Positions 11,677 through 24,555 of a stretch of 32,979 bases of DNA are shown piece after piece (position 1 is the stretch's first letter; each line of letters begins with the position of its first letter). Under the pieces are notes generated by a model that saw only the letters and a program-made list of their open reading frames with translations, was not told the DNA's origin and made no database searches. This stretch comes from Octopus sinensis (taxonomy: Eukaryota). A program made the translations under genes and the position numbers. The stretch spans positions 1 to 32,979 of the forward strand of contig NW_021832733.1 of the NCBI RefSeq assembly GCF_006345805.1. Reading direction: 5' to 3'.

Positions 11677-11941
11677 GTGGAGGCACATGGCTTAGTCGTT
11701 AGGGTGTCAGCAACATGATCATAAGATTGCGGTTTCGATTCCTGGACCGGACGACGCGTTGTGTTCTTGAGCAAAACATTTCATTTCACGTTGCTCCAGT
11801 CTACTCAGCTGGCAAAAATGAGGAACGCTGCGATGGACTGGCGTCCCGTCCAGCCGGGGAACACATACGCCATAGAAACCGGGAAACCGAGCCCATAAGA
11901 CTGGCTAGGCTTTAAAATGGGCGCATTTATTTATTTTTTTA
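11677..11941 (+). mobile_element. tRNA-derived SINE variant D (CORE-like centre)
   Basis: A box tggcttagtcg, B box ggtttcgattcc, centre gtgttcttgagcaaaacatttcatttcac; TSD aattc(a/c)atagaa at 11665-11676 and 11942-11953. Confidence 0.85.
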
Positions 11942-12452
11942 AATTCCATAGAACAAATCTAATCTATTAAACACCAAGCGTATTCTCAATAAATTATGTT
12001 CACATTCGTCCATGGGCTTTCTTCTAGAATTATGTTATGAATCCACCTTTAACGTTGATTACAGTTTCTGCGCCTAAGTACAATCGATGACATGATTGTG
12101 TATTATGGCCCTTTTCTTCCTTTCGGCCTCTATCTGGACACTGGTGGTCTTATGTGAAACTATGATATTCTGAAAATATTGATAATTCTCCCTTTCACAA
12201 CGCAGTAGTTCATCGGATTTCAATCTGATAAGCTTCGATGCGACAGTTTATGTGTTTCATAACCGTACAGATTGTGTACCATTCTGTTGTAGATGGGTGA
12301 GGAAGGCGCTTACTGAAATTGCACAGTTTGGCGAAATACGTATGGCCTTTCACGCTTAATATATGCATCCATGATTACCTCAACGTATCCAGCATTGGTT
12401 CGTAAACCAGGTAGAAATATGTGAGACGGAATGACATCTTGCTCGTTACTTA

Positions 12453-12847
12453 TCTTTACATATAAAAGTCAAGTTGTGTGTTTGTCTCCTACGATTTAGA
12501 TTCCTAACTACTCCCACATTTTGCGGTGCAGTTTAATTAAAACCGGGTATCTTATAGTCGTGATTCATATCGAGCCCTTCTGGGTATTAGCGCGCGTCTA
12601 CGATGAGTCTACGATTTAAAAAAAAATTACCATCATTTTTTTCCATTTTAATGCATTTTTTCGCTATTATATAAGGGAAGTAACTCTCTAAAAATGTCTA
12701 CGATGAGTCAACGATTAAAAAAAAATTTACCATCATTTTCTTTCCATTTTTAATGCATTTTTTTGCTATTTTTGGCTATAACTCTCTAAAAATGCTTATA
12801 TAGTTAATTCCCTTACAAACCCGAGCAACGCCAGGCGATACTGCTAG
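12453..12847 (+). mobile_element. Non-autonomous Helitron with an internal direct duplication
   Basis: A|TCTTTACATATAAAAG...cccgagcaacgccaggcgatactgCTAG|T; ~75-bp block repeated at ~12596 and ~12696. Confidence 0.85.
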
Positions 12848-12862
12848 TTAATTCTAAAACCT

Positions 12863-13062
12863 AAGGCGGCGCTCTGCCAGAATCGTTAGCACGCCGGGCA
12901 AAATGTTTTGTGGCATTTCATCCATTTGTACGGTCTAAGTTGAAATGTCATCGAGGTCTGCCCAGCATTTCATCTTTTTGGGCGTGGATTACATCTCTGG
13001 GGTTGATGTAATCACCAGACCTCGCTATCAAAATTGCTGGCCTTGTGTCAGAATTTGAAGTC
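12863..13062 (+). mobile_element. Old SINE family A variant
   Basis: aaggcggcgctctgccagaatcgttagcacgccgggc...ctggggttgatgtaatc...aaaattgctggccttgtg. Confidence 0.75.
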
Positions 13063-13596
13063 AATTAGTCTAAAATCCAAGCAGTTTCTGGATTCTTAAT
13101 TTGCATTCCATTAGGTATATCAGGTATCTGTACATAATTACCTGCCATTTCGCTTGTCAGACTTCTTCTCATCAGAGAAGAACCAAAACGTTGGGATAAT
13201 GGTGAGAGTTCTTAACTTGTGAAGTATCCGAGTAGTATGGATCAGACGTTTTTTCTCGTATCTTCAACGACTTCAATTGGAATTTCCTTGTTACAGAAGA
13301 CTTATATCTAACTTCTCCATACACTCATATGCACTTCTACGCATTTTACTGAAAACCTGCGATGTATTTCAGCGCCTTGCCTCTTTCCGATTAAGAAAGC
13401 ATATCGCTGACCTCTGTTCTTCTTTGGTGCGTGCAGCCAGCGTCCATCATTACTCTGTAATACTAGAAGAAAAACTGTAATGATAAAGGTAACCAAACTA
13501 GATCAACCTATTTTCACGCAAGCGCTGATGCAGTGAGTCCAGCCTTAAGAAAGAGCGGATAATGTTTGACTTCCCATCCCATACAGACGCGCCCAG

Positions 13597-13641
<45 letters not shown>

Positions 13642-14029
13642 CACACACATACGCACGCACACATACACGTACATGCACATATATACGTATAGTTCGAAAG
13701 GAAATTTAAAAGAATTAATGTAAGCATTCAACACGTTTAATTAGAACTAAATATGAAGTATGAAAATTGAAAAAAACGGGAAGCTCGAAAAATGGTTAAA
13801 TTCTCCATAGACACAGTTACTAGAATTATGTTCAACGAATGCTTGAAGACTTGAAAATCCAACTACCTACGCATCCATGTCTAGAGATATACAGGCTATT
13901 GTATTGTCAGGTTTTTCTTTTCATATTTTTTCTTATATATATATATATATTATTTATTACGTCCTTCTGTAAATGGTCCTCAATGAATTATTTACTGACA
14001 GTCTTCAAATACATATTTTACAGGAAAGT

Positions 14030-14030
14030 A

Positions 14031-14077
<47 letters not shown>

Positions 14078-14220
14078 TGTGTGTGTGTGTGTATACATAC
14101 ATACAGGCATATATATATATACATGATATATATATATGTATATATATTTATATATGCATACGTACACACACGCACACACACACACACGCACACACACACA
14201 CACACACACATGTATATATG
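14030..14220. repeat. (TA)n/(TG)n/(CA)n microsatellites
   Basis: Directly visible. Confidence 0.9.
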
Positions 14221-14671
14221 TTTTCTGACAGAGTAACGATTCTTTTAAAAAATTCTCTTCTGTCAAATTACTGAATATTTGATATCGAGCGAAAGATTTT
14301 GTGGAGTATGAAATGTAAACCTGTTTCTGTTATATGTGCGTGATCGTGTGTATGTGTGTATGTGTGTGTTTGTGTGTGTGTGTGAGGGTAAGTTTCTGGG
14401 TAATATTGTCTCCAATTATAAAGTTTTCTATATTTATTAGCATCCGAATGTCGTTTCCTTCTTGAGATAAAACTGTCGTTCATAATAATTTTATGGGTAG
14501 TGAAGCGTTTCTGAAGGTTTTCAAGATCTCTCCTTTATTTCCATAAAAATGAACACTAACCCTTCCTCAAGCAAAAAAAAATGGGTTTCACATAATCAAT
14601 GAACAATCTTTAAACGTGATGCTCCATTATAGCGTCAGTGTAATGACATATGCAGTGTAATGAATAATAGT

Positions 14672-14718
<47 letters not shown>

Positions 14719-14789
14719 TAATAATAATAATAATAATAATGATAATAATAATAATAATATAATAATAATAATAATAATAATAACAACAA

Positions 14790-14828
<39 letters not shown>

Positions 14829-15070
14829 TAATAATAATAATAACAAAAATAATAATAATAATAATAACACGAATAATAATAATAACAATAATAATAATAA
14901 TATTAATAATAACAATAATAATAATAATAACAATAATAATAATATTAATAATAATAATAATAACAACAATAATGATAATAATAATAATAATATTAATAAT
15001 AATAATATTAATAATAATAATAATATTAATAATAATAACAACAGCAACAACAACAATAATAATAATAATT
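14672..15070. repeat. (AAT)n microsatellite, ~400 bp, imperfect
   Basis: Directly visible. Confidence 0.95.
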
Positions 15071-15304
15071 TATTTCTTTATTGCACACAGGGGGCTAATC
15101 ATAGAGGGGGGGTAAGCAAGGATAGAAAAGGGATTAAGTCGATTACATCGACCCCAGGGGGTAACTGGTACGTATTTAATCGACCCCGAAAGGATGAAAG
15201 GCAAAGTCGATCTCGGCGGAATTTGAACTCAGAACGTAAAGGCAGACGAAATACAGTGACGTATTTCGCCCGGCGTGCTAAATTTTCGGCCAGTTCGCCA
15301 CCTT
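15071..15304 (-). mobile_element. SINE family A, full length
   Basis: Matches 5365-5596; lies between (AAT)n and (ATT)n. Confidence 0.9.
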
Positions 15305-15323
15305 ATTATCATTATTATTATTG

Positions 15324-15376
<53 letters not shown>

Positions 15377-15392
15377 GTTGTTGTTGTTGTTG

Positions 15393-15479
<87 letters not shown>

Positions 15480-15686
15480 TTATTCAGTAGTTTTATTTTT
15501 TATAGCGTGCTTTCACTTCACTACCGAGCGCAGCTCTGTGTTCCTTGGGTATGTGCTGTGATTTGTTGTGATGCTCTGATGGTTATTGTATGGAAAGTGT
15601 TCTGCGTAGGATGTGTGCAGTGCCTAGTAGTGCAATTTTCTGTATGTTATATGTGTTTGTAAGTCCTGGTGTTTTTATTATTATTA

Positions 15687-15747
<61 letters not shown>

Positions 15748-15912
15748 CATCATTATTATTGTTGTTACTGTTGTTGTTGTTATTATTATTATTATTATAA
15801 TTCAGGTCACTGCTTGTTATTAATAATAATAATATTAATATTAATAATAATAACAATAATAATAATAATAATAATAATTATAATAATGATAATAGTAATA
15901 ATAATAATAATA

Positions 15913-15949
<37 letters not shown>

Positions 15950-15950
15950 G
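15305..15950. repeat. (ATT)n/(GTT)n then (AAT)n tracts with embedded LINE ends
   Basis: Directly visible. Confidence 0.9.
15485..15675 (-). mobile_element. R4/Dong-type LINE 3' end inside (TAA)n
   Basis: Minus strand TPGLTNTYNIQKIALLGTAHILRRTLSIQ* (stop 15583-15585), then a ~100-nt UTR running into (TAA)n; homologous to the 22300-22380 peptide. Confidence 0.85.
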
Positions 15951-16551
15951 CTACATAACAAAAGCAATATCAATAGTAATAATAACAGTCATATTAATAA
16001 TAGTAATAAAACCTATCCTTGAATTCTTTCGGAAATATTATTTAAGGAAATTCTATTACTTGAAAGAGGTTCTCTGATAGAATTATTCAGTGAATCTTGT
16101 GCCAAGGGATAACCAGATATATGAAATTAAATGATGTTAGACGACAGTCTCAGATTTATGTCATTCAATATTTTATGGCATAAATTCCCAGATGACCACT
16201 CTCAAGAAGTTGTAATGTAGTACATAACATTTCTTATGACAAGATGACAATATATTTATTTCTGTTTTATTTTTCCTTCCCTGAGCGCTTTCTTACTCTA
16301 TAGCGTTTGCTTGTTATATAAAAATCACAAGGACAGTAAATGGTAGAAGCTCTGAAGTGGTGGTGTAAAAAACGTGTGTTATTTAATTATGTTGTTTTAC
16401 GTTTTGAACGGAATTCCCACCGTATCTCACTTATGCATTTTCCTTTTTTGCTTCACCGATAATATAAGTAGCAGTCAAAAACCTCAGCTGCTCCTACCTC
16501 TCCAAATCAATGGATTTATGACAACGCGAAACGTCATTAGTTGCAGAGAGA

Positions 16552-17112
16552 AAGGCGACGAGCTGGCAGGACTATTAAAGAAAAAATGCATTGTGGTTTT
16601 TTTTTTCCCCAGACTCGTTGCGCTTTTGAGTTCAATTACTACCGAGGTGAAATTCGCCTTTCATTATTTCTACTTTGTTAGAATGTGGTAGTGGAGGCGC
16701 AATGGCCCAGTGGTTAGGGCAGCGGACTCGCGGTCATAGGATCGCGGTTTCGATTCCCAGACCGGGCGTTGTGAGTGTTTATTGAACGAAAACACCTAAA
16801 GCTCCACGACGCTCCGGCAGGGGTCGGTGGTGATCCCTGCTGTACTCTTTCACCACAACTTTCTCTCACTCTTACTTCCTGTTTCTGTTGTACCTGTATT
16901 TCAAAGGGCCGACCTTGTCACTCTCTGTGTCACGCTGAATATCCCCGAAAACCACGTTAAGGGTACATGTGTCTGTGGAGTGCTCAGCCACTTACACGTT
17001 AATTTCACGAGCAGGCTGTTCCGTTGATCGGATCAACCGGAACCCTCGTCGTCGTTACCGACGGAGTGCTTCCAGTCCAGAATGTGGTACCAGTCAAATG
17101 CTGGGATCGATG
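16552..17112 (+). mobile_element. Old family-A-like SINE interrupted by a family C SINE
   Basis: aaggcgacgagctggcagg...gagttcaattactaccgaggtgaaattcgcctttcat, resuming at ~17087 gtaccagtcaaatgctgggatcgatg. Confidence 0.65.
16691..17078 (+). mobile_element. SINE family C, full length (tRNA-like head)
   Basis: A box tggcccagtgg, B box ggtttcgattcc; TSD agaatgtggta at 16680-16690 and 17079-17089. Confidence 0.92.
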
Positions 17113-17392
17113 ACGAGGAACAGAAATTTAGGATCAAAACTAAGAGATTAACCGCCTCATCAAAAATCAAGCAAAAAATCGTGGACACTACCACCACCAC
17201 CACCATTATCATTAACACTAACAACATTAAGAAAGCCAAACTCACAGCTGTCAAACCGACAGTTGACGGTTCCAGTTCCGTGTATTTGAATAGGATTATC
17301 AATTTTGCTATTGAAGAAAGCCAAATGTTTTTAAACAAAGTATTAAAGAGCAGAAACCTGAAGAGCGGCACAACAGATTTGTATTATGCTGT

Positions 17393-17651
<259 letters not shown>

Positions 17652-17693
17652 TTCATGTTATATATAAAATCATATTTATATTATATTTAACAA

Positions 17694-18074
17694 TTTTACA
17701 CATTTACTTGTTTCAGGCATTTGACTGTGGCCATGCTAGAGCACCACCTTTAATCGAGCAACTCGACCCCGGGACTTATTCTTTTGTAAGCCCAGTACTT
17801 ATTCTATGGGTCTCTTTTGCCGAACCGCTAAGTAACGGTGACATAAACACACCAGCATTGGTTGTCAAGCAATGCTAGGGGGACAAACACAGACACACAA
17901 ACATACACGCACATACATATATATACATATATACGACGGGCTTCTTTCAGTTTCCGTCTACCAAATCCACTCACTATAGTAGAAGACACTTGCCCAAGGT
18001 GCCACGCAGTGGGACCGAACCCGGAACCATGTGGTCGGTAAACAAGCTACTTACCACACAGCCACTCCTGCGCC
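17694..18074 (-). mobile_element. SINE family B, near full length with a small internal deletion
   Basis: Minus strand ggcgcaggagtggctgtgtggtaag (A box)...gggttcggtccc (B box)...gaaacaagtaaa; aligns to 23002-23386. Confidence 0.9.
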
Positions 18075-18949
18075 TTATATTATATATAAGTATATAATAT
18101 TATTGGCCTGCTCTCTTAGCCAGCGGAGTGGCGTCATTTGAAGGCTAATACAATGCGAAGGGCATTGTGACCAGCGATGTTTAGCAACATCTGATAGCCT
18201 GGTCGGTCACGTGTCACGTGATATAATATTATATGGATGCGTATATATATGTGTATATGTGTATATGTGTATATGTGTATGTATGTGTATCTGTGTGTGT
18301 GTACAATATTATTTATACATACGTATATACATACATATATATAAACAATATCGAACACACATTCACAATGTATATGTTTTGCTAGTTCGTCGGCTGGCTG
18401 CGATTATAGGTGCAAAAGAATATATCTCAATTTATTCACCTTTTATACAGGTGTATCGTTTTGAAACCCGGAAAAATGGAAGCAGTGACAAAAAGCCAGT
18501 TGGGAAACGCCTGAAAAGGTTTAGGTCCTCATATCTACGTCGTTCTATGTAGAGGGTTTAGAATGGTAAAACGAAGATTTCCTATCAAGGAGATGGTCAA
18601 AAACCATTTTGTAACACCCGCCGAGTGTACGGACTGATTCTCATTCCAGTCAGCCGGGGTGTGGGGAAAATAAAAGTGGTCAACTTACCACTAGAAATAC
18701 ATGTATGTTGGCTAAATGTATTGATATAGTGATTGTTTTAATTCGATATAGATTCAAAAGAAAGGATCAACGGAAAAGTTTTAATATGGAAAAATTGACC
18801 TTAATTCACTGATAAGCAAGAAATGTGTTACTTGACGCTGAACACATCGTTCTCTTCGTGCAAACCCTAGAGAAATTGGATTAATGAATACGCAAAGAGG
18901 AGACTGACAAGCAATCGTATCGTCTACAACAAATGGCGATTAGCCCTCA

Positions 18950-19600
18950 AAAGTGAAATAAGAGAAGAATCATCTAGAGAAGCAATAAATAAATTTTTTT
19001 ATTAGATGGTGATTGTGTAAAAATTTAGTGAAGACTATTGAACAGGAGTCGCGATCGAAACAGGCAAGCTGTGTTTTCAGGGCTAATGCGTCTTATCTAA
19101 GGCACGATGAAGCAGAAGCTGTTTGATAAATCCGAGTTTTAGAGACGTACCGTATAATGAACGCCAGAATTTAATCTTTGGTGAAGGATAATGAGTTTTT
19201 GCAACTCGATCCGAAGCAGACGTGTGCTACTTTACAATTACGCTTTGCTCAACTCTTTGGAAAGGGCAGTAGGCCGCGTCGCAGGATAGACTTCAAAACT
19301 TACTGGAATTCTTTATTCCAACTCTCGGTAATAGAGGAGGAGTGTTGCATAAAGCCGCAACAGACGTCCAAACTCGGAAAAATGATGGTTATCTGCGTGG
19401 GATGTAAATTATATTATTTGGTCTCTCTAACTTTCATATACCAGCCTCCTTTGGAATTATATCAACAGATGTCAGCTGCAGTTGACAACAGAACCGAAGG
19501 GTTTCCTGGACTGGAAGCCAAGCGGTTGTTGCGCTGTTGAGAAATTATCTAAATACAAAGAGCCTCATCAACATTTGCCTGAATATAAGATATTAGCGAA
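18950..19600 (+). pseudogene. Probable old L1/Tx1-clade LINE ORF2 linker fragment
   Basis: One frame with stops: CVFRANASYLRHDEAEAV**IRVLE..RI*SLVKDNEFLQLDPKQTCATLQLRFAQLFG..IDFKTYWNSLFQLSVIEEECCIKP, resembling the EN-RT linker (I.SL....G......F..LF...LP.LS..E...CE.PIT). Confidence 0.45.
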
Positions 19601-19712
19601 GGTGAGAGATGAGAGGCTGGCGCTTTGTACCTGTTCACTCATATCGGGGTGTGGCTACACGTAAACGTTTCATCTCAAACCAATCTATCCACGCCGACTT
19701 CCAAGTATTATG

Positions 19713-19943
19713 TGTTTCTTTACTACTCACAAGGGTCTAAACATAGAGGGGACAAACAAGGGCGGACAAACGGATTAAGTTGATTACATCGACCCCAGTG
19801 GGTAAATGGTACTTATTTAATCGACCCCGAAATGATGAAAGGCAAAGTCGATCTCGGCGGAATTTGAACTCAGAACGTAACGGCAGACGAAATACTGCTA
19901 AGCATTTCGCCCGGCGTGCTAACGATTCTGCCAGCTGGCCGCC
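19713..19943 (-). mobile_element. SINE family A, full length
   Basis: Matches the other family A copies end to end. Confidence 0.9.
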
Positions 19944-20294
19944 CTCCATGCATTATGTATCATAGGAGATTCAATGATAAAATCTAACAAGCATGGGTTA
20001 GCATTGAGCGCATTGATTAACCAAAATCCGTCGCGAGGTGGAATAAAAATAGTTCGCTACCTTCTTTCTGTGACCTGGTTTCGGTCCTCGAAGTCTGGTT
20101 GTCGAATTATACAATATTTCGATCGCTTGAACCAAAGTCGACTATTGTCAACATTCAATATCTTACGCTCATTCACTCAACATTGTCGCATTTTGTTTCT
20201 TCTTTGTGGATAATAACATTTTTTATGGCATCTGAACACACACAGACACATGCGCTCGTGCACTCCACACCCCATATACTTACCCTCTCATACC

Positions 20295-20521
20295 TATTTC
20301 TTTATTACCCACAAGGGGCTAAACACAGAGGGGACAAACAAGGACAGACATAAGTATTAAGTCGATTACATCGAACCCAGTGCGTAACTGGTACTTAATT
20401 TATCGACCCCGAAAGGATGAAAGGCAAAGTCAACCTCGGCGGAATTTGAACTCACAACTTAACGGCAGACGAAATACCGCTAAGCATTTCGCCCGGCGTG
20501 CTGACTTTTCTGCCAGCTCCT
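20295..20521 (-). mobile_element. SINE family A with 10-bp TSD
   Basis: TSD ctctcatacc at 20285-20294 and 20522-20531. Confidence 0.9.
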
Positions 20522-21351
20522 CTCTCATACCACAAGCACACACACTTATTGTGAAGATACAATTAACAATACAAATCACAATATAAGTCCAGCAAAGTTT
20601 GACCAGTAATCCTTAACGCTGTAAAGAAAAATAATTAAAACTTTTCAGATGTTAGTTGTTCATCAGGAAAAAGAAAGAAATCGTAGAATATTTGAAAAAA
20701 TAGCTGAACGATAATAACGGGAGGGCAAGAAGCAATGTTGGAAGTTACTTGCGTTGGCGTAAATTGAAGTATAACAATGTGTCCGCATCTGTAAGCAAGA
20801 ATAATGGGGATGAATGATCTATGTGTAGGTGTAATATATGATGGTGTATGTATATGTGTGTAATCGATAGGTAGATGATGTGAAATTATATATGTGAAAA
20901 GGTAAGAGCGTGTATGAGTTTCAGAGAATAATGATGAAGTAAATGGAATGGTAAAAGTAATATCGAAGATGTTATTATTGTATGCGCAAGTGTATAACAA
21001 AAGATGAGTATGAAGAAGTTATTTTAACAAAGAAGGGATGTTGAAGAAATAGTTTGAAAAAGCAGTCCGGTGATGAAATGTAAAATAAAAGATAAACATC
21101 ATACAATAGTTGTAAGAGGTTTCGAGAATTAAACGAAGTGTTCAGATGATTGTAAGAAGCTGGGAAAGACATCGAAAAAGAAGAGATTAAAAAGCTATTA
21201 AAAAGCTGTTGAAATCCACAGATAAGAAATAACTGTAGGGAGTAGGTAAAAACTTACACGTGATGCAGGTGGTGTAAAATGAAAATGGAAGTGTGGACAG
21301 TATTTGTGATTTTTTGAGAGGAAATTGAATCGTAAGGTAAGAGAAGCAGCA

Positions 21352-21354
<3 letters not shown>

Positions 21355-21405
<51 letters not shown>

Positions 21406-21460
21406 TTTCTATCTGTTCCTCTCTCACTCACTCCCTGTGCACCCTCTCTCTCTGTCTCTC
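21355..21460. repeat. (CT)n microsatellite
   Basis: Directly visible. Confidence 0.9.
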
Positions 21461-21704
21461 AATCTTTGCATGTACGTAGGTGTTTGCAACATAGGATTTC
21501 AGTAACGGTCAAAACGAGAATGATAAGTATTAGAAGAAGGACAGGTGAGATTTACAGGTGTCAGTCAAAACAGGAGAGCTTAAAGAATCTAAAGAATCTA
21601 TGGAAAAGAGAATTTAAGGGTTACACTAGTGTGTGTGTGGGTGTGTGTGGGTGTGTGAAGAGAAGGTATGTGTATGTGTGTGTGTGTGTTTGTGTGTATG
21701 GTGG

Positions 21705-22008
21705 TGGAGGCACATGGCCTAGTGGTTAGAGCAGTGGACTCGCGGTCGAGGGATCGCGGGTTCGAATCTCAGACCGGGCGATGTGTGTGTTTATGAGCGA
21801 AATACCTAAGCTCCATGCGGCTCCGGCAGAAGGTAATGGCGAACTTCTGCTGACTCTTTCGCCACAACTTTCTGTCACTGTTTCCTCCTGCATCTTGCAG
21901 CTCACCTGCGACGGACCGGCGTCCTGTCCAGGTGGGGAACCTATACGCCAAGGAAACCGGGAAACCTGCCCTTATAAGCCTGTCATGCCTCGAGAAGGAA
22001 CAAATAAC
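21705..22008 (+). mobile_element. tRNA-derived SINE variant E (family C head and body, variant D tail)
   Basis: A box tggcctagtgg, B box gggttcgaatct; body like 16770-16880; tail ctgcgacggaccggcgtcctgtccag...ggaaaccgggaaacc like 11828-11890. Confidence 0.88.
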
Positions 22009-22129
22009 TGTTCCTTCTAAAGGATGAAAGGATGCTTGTGTGTATGCGTTCGCGTATAGTTTGGGGTATTTCTAAATATATATGTGTATATGCGTGTATA
22101 AGTGCAGATCCGTAGGTTTGAGAGTGTCG

Positions 22130-22545
22130 TTATATCACAATATAGCGGCGAAAGAATTTGACAAGATTAGTAAATTAAAGACCTGCTAATGGAAATTGAA
22201 AAAAATGTGGCGTCTCAAGGCGACTACAGTACCAGTGATTGTAGGATCTCTAGAAATGATAAAAAAAAAAGGTACTAAAACCTATTTGAAAATGATTCCA
22301 GGCTTACCATCCCTACAGGAAGTGCAAAAATCGTATTAAGTGGAACGGCTCATGTACTGAGAAGAGCACTATCGCTGTGAAAATAACATCCATCCATGAA
22401 TTTATTTATTTATTAATTTTTAAATACATATTTTATCTGTGAATTTGCGCGTGTAATCTGGGAATACAATGCCCTTCTCTGCCCTAGTTGTATGGAAAAC
22501 ACTCGGCGAGAAACGGAAGAAAATTTGAAGAAAGAAGGAAAAAAC
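22130..22545 (+). mobile_element. R4/Dong-type LINE 3' end (restriction-like endonuclease C-terminus plus 3'UTR)
   Basis: With frameshifts: HNIAAKEFDKISK.KDLLMEIEKMWRLKATTVPVIVGSLEMI..MIPGLPSLQEVQK.VLSGTAHVLRRALSL* (stop ends 22380); ends in (AAT)n. Confidence 0.85.

Positions 22546-22606
<61 letters not shown>
22546..22606. repeat. Perfect (AAT)20 tract
   Basis: Directly visible. Confidence 0.95.
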
Positions 22607-22619
22607 GAGTGGAGTTATG

Positions 22620-23610
22620 TACCTTAGAATTGAATTTGGATTCAAGAAATTCAGAGCAATCTACCTAAATAGAAGCAGAGTATTGGCCTCAACTGGGACA
22701 GTTACCGAATGGAGACTTTATTAAGCAAATTGAAACGGTAGGATACAAATACCTTGGTGCACTAGAACTCAACGGGATAATGGAAAAGGAAAAGGGAGCA
22801 AATTGGGAATTTTGTTGTTCTTTTATTATATTCCGTGTTCGTATTTGAGCGCTGCGCTCAAAAGTGGCTGGATGGAATAAAATACAAGCGATTAATACGT
22901 GGGCGATAGCATCACTTTGGTATGGAGCGAAAATTATAAAATGGCAAAATAGAGAAATGGAGAAAATGGATACCAAGACCAGAAAAAATGTTGACAATGC
23001 ACTCTTTCACTCTTTTACTCTTTTACTTGTTTCAGTCATTTGACTGGGGCCATGCTGGAGCACCGCCTTTGGTCGAGAAAAATCGACCCCGGGACTTATT
23101 CTATCGGTCTCTTTTGCCGAACCGCTAAGTAACGGGGACATAAACACACCAGCATCGGTTGTCAAGCAATGCTAGGGGGACAAATACAGACACGCATATA
23201 TATATAATATATATATATATATACGACGGACTTCTTTCAGTTTCCGTCTACCAAATCCACTCACAAGGTTTTGGTCGGCCCGAGGCTATAGTTGAAGACA
23301 CTTGCCCAAGGTGCCACGCAGTGGGACTGAACCCGGAACCATGTGGTTGGTAAACAAGCTACTTACCACACAGCCACTCCTGCGCCTAAGAGTGACACTG
23401 ATAATTATACTTGTCTAGAAGAAAGGATGGGAGAGGTTTGATCACTTGCCAGGACTGTATCGAACCAGAGGAAAACAGCCTAAGGAAGTATATAAAAAAA
23501 TGCTGGTGTCATCAAAACGGAAAATTGTGTAACTAAAGAAAAATTTAAACAAGAAATGAACAAAAAAAAGAAAAGAAAAAGCATGGAAGGAAAAAATATA
23601 CGAAAGAAAG
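22620..23610 (+). pseudogene. Older R4/Dong-type RT/thumb fragment interrupted by a SINE
   Basis: IEFGFKK..LPNGDFIKQIETVGYKYLGALE..GWNKIQAINTWAIASLWYGAKIIKW..MDTKTRK.LTMH | PKSDTD.LYLSRRKDGRGLITCQDCIEPEENSLRKYI. Confidence 0.85.
23002..23386 (-). mobile_element. SINE family B, full length
   Basis: Head with A and B boxes, central (TA)n, tail of (gtaaaaga) repeats. Confidence 0.92.
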
Positions 23611-23639
23611 GAGTAGGAAATAAAGATTATGTAGTAGAA

Positions 23640-24018
23640 AGGGGAAGAGGTAGGGAGGAGAAGAAGAAGAAGAAGAAGAAGAAGGAGGAGGAGGAGGAGG
23701 AGGAGGAAGAGAAATAGAAGAAAAAGAAGGAGAAGAAGAAGGAGGAGGAGGAATAGAAGAAAAAGAAGAAGAAAAAAAGAAGGAGGAGGAGGAAAAAGAA
23801 GAAGAAAAAAAGAAGAAGAAGAAGAAGAAGAGGAAGGAGAAGAAGGGGGAGAGAGGAATAGAAGAAAAAGAAAAAGGAGAAGAAGAAAAAGAAGAAGAAA
23901 AAGAAGAAGAAGAAGAAGAAAAAGAAGAAGAAAAAGGAGAAGTAGAAGAAAAAGAAGGAGAAGAAGAAGAAGAAAAAGAAGAAGAAGAAGAAGAAGAAGA
24001 AGAAGAAGAAGAAGAAAA
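23640..24018. repeat. (GAA)/(GGA) polypurine tract, ~380 bp
   Basis: Directly visible; source of the poly-S/F ORF 23545-24099. Confidence 0.95.
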
Positions 24019-24555
24019 GAATGCTAATTGGAAAATCCCCTTTCGGAGAAATATATCGTTATCTGCAACCTCAGCATTTCCCACTCGACACGGCAACAAC
24101 AGAATTTATTGGCTCATAACCAAATCCACCCGATTTACTGATGTACAGAACACTTACTTTCAGAAATTGCATTTATATACGAAGCAATTCTCCAATTGAC
24201 TTCCATTCATTCAATAGATGTTCCGGGTGGTGTATTAAAAGAATCGTTAAAACGGCGGAAAACTTAATGGTTTGTTCAATTTAGTAAGTCCTGACTGCGT
24301 ATCCTATCGAGGCTTTACCGTTTATCTTTCGGTAGAAGAGAAAATATAATGCCAATCAAAGTTCCGAATCGATATATCCGATCTAGCAGCGTGGATCGGT
24401 AAAGAAACGTTATATTAACTTAGAAGGCGATTGATTTGTAATAAACAAATCTATTGTTAGGAAAGAAAACAGCCTTCATTAATGTAATTACATACTAGAT
24501 TCTTGGCCCTTATGACATTCACAACACTTGTTAAAAGGTATATTATGACCAAAAG

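Larger units (their letters stand above)
12028..13480 (-). pseudogene. Decayed mariner/Tc1 transposase (maT/DD37D-like), split by a Helitron and a SINE
   Basis: Minus strand in order, with frameshifts: VRYKSSVTRK; KRLIHTTRILHKLR..FWFFSDEKK; VLEL|ISNEQDVIPSHIFLPGLRTNA; RPYVFRQ; LSD*NPM; ETVINVKGGFIT*. These match the FSDEK / VLGVVSNEG / YVFQQD / SPDLNP / GGFIE motifs. Confidence 0.8.

Noticed and set aside
13158-13180. CTGATGAG on the minus strand as another hammerhead
   Set aside because: It encodes the FSDEK transposase motif; no helix II/GAAA geometry
14610-16077. Poly-L/I/N/Y ORFs
   Set aside because: Translations of (AAT)n/(ATT)n
16692-16765. tRNA-like sequence with A and B boxes (also 21705, 11679, 28890)
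   Set aside because: SINE heads: they continue into repeat bodies, two have TSDs, and I could not form a proper acceptor stem
18104-18220. Possible 3' fragment of another retroposon
   Set aside because: Single copy in the window with no diagnostic features
23545-24099. 184-aa Ser/Phe/Pro-rich ORF
   Set aside because: Antisense of the GAA/GGA tract
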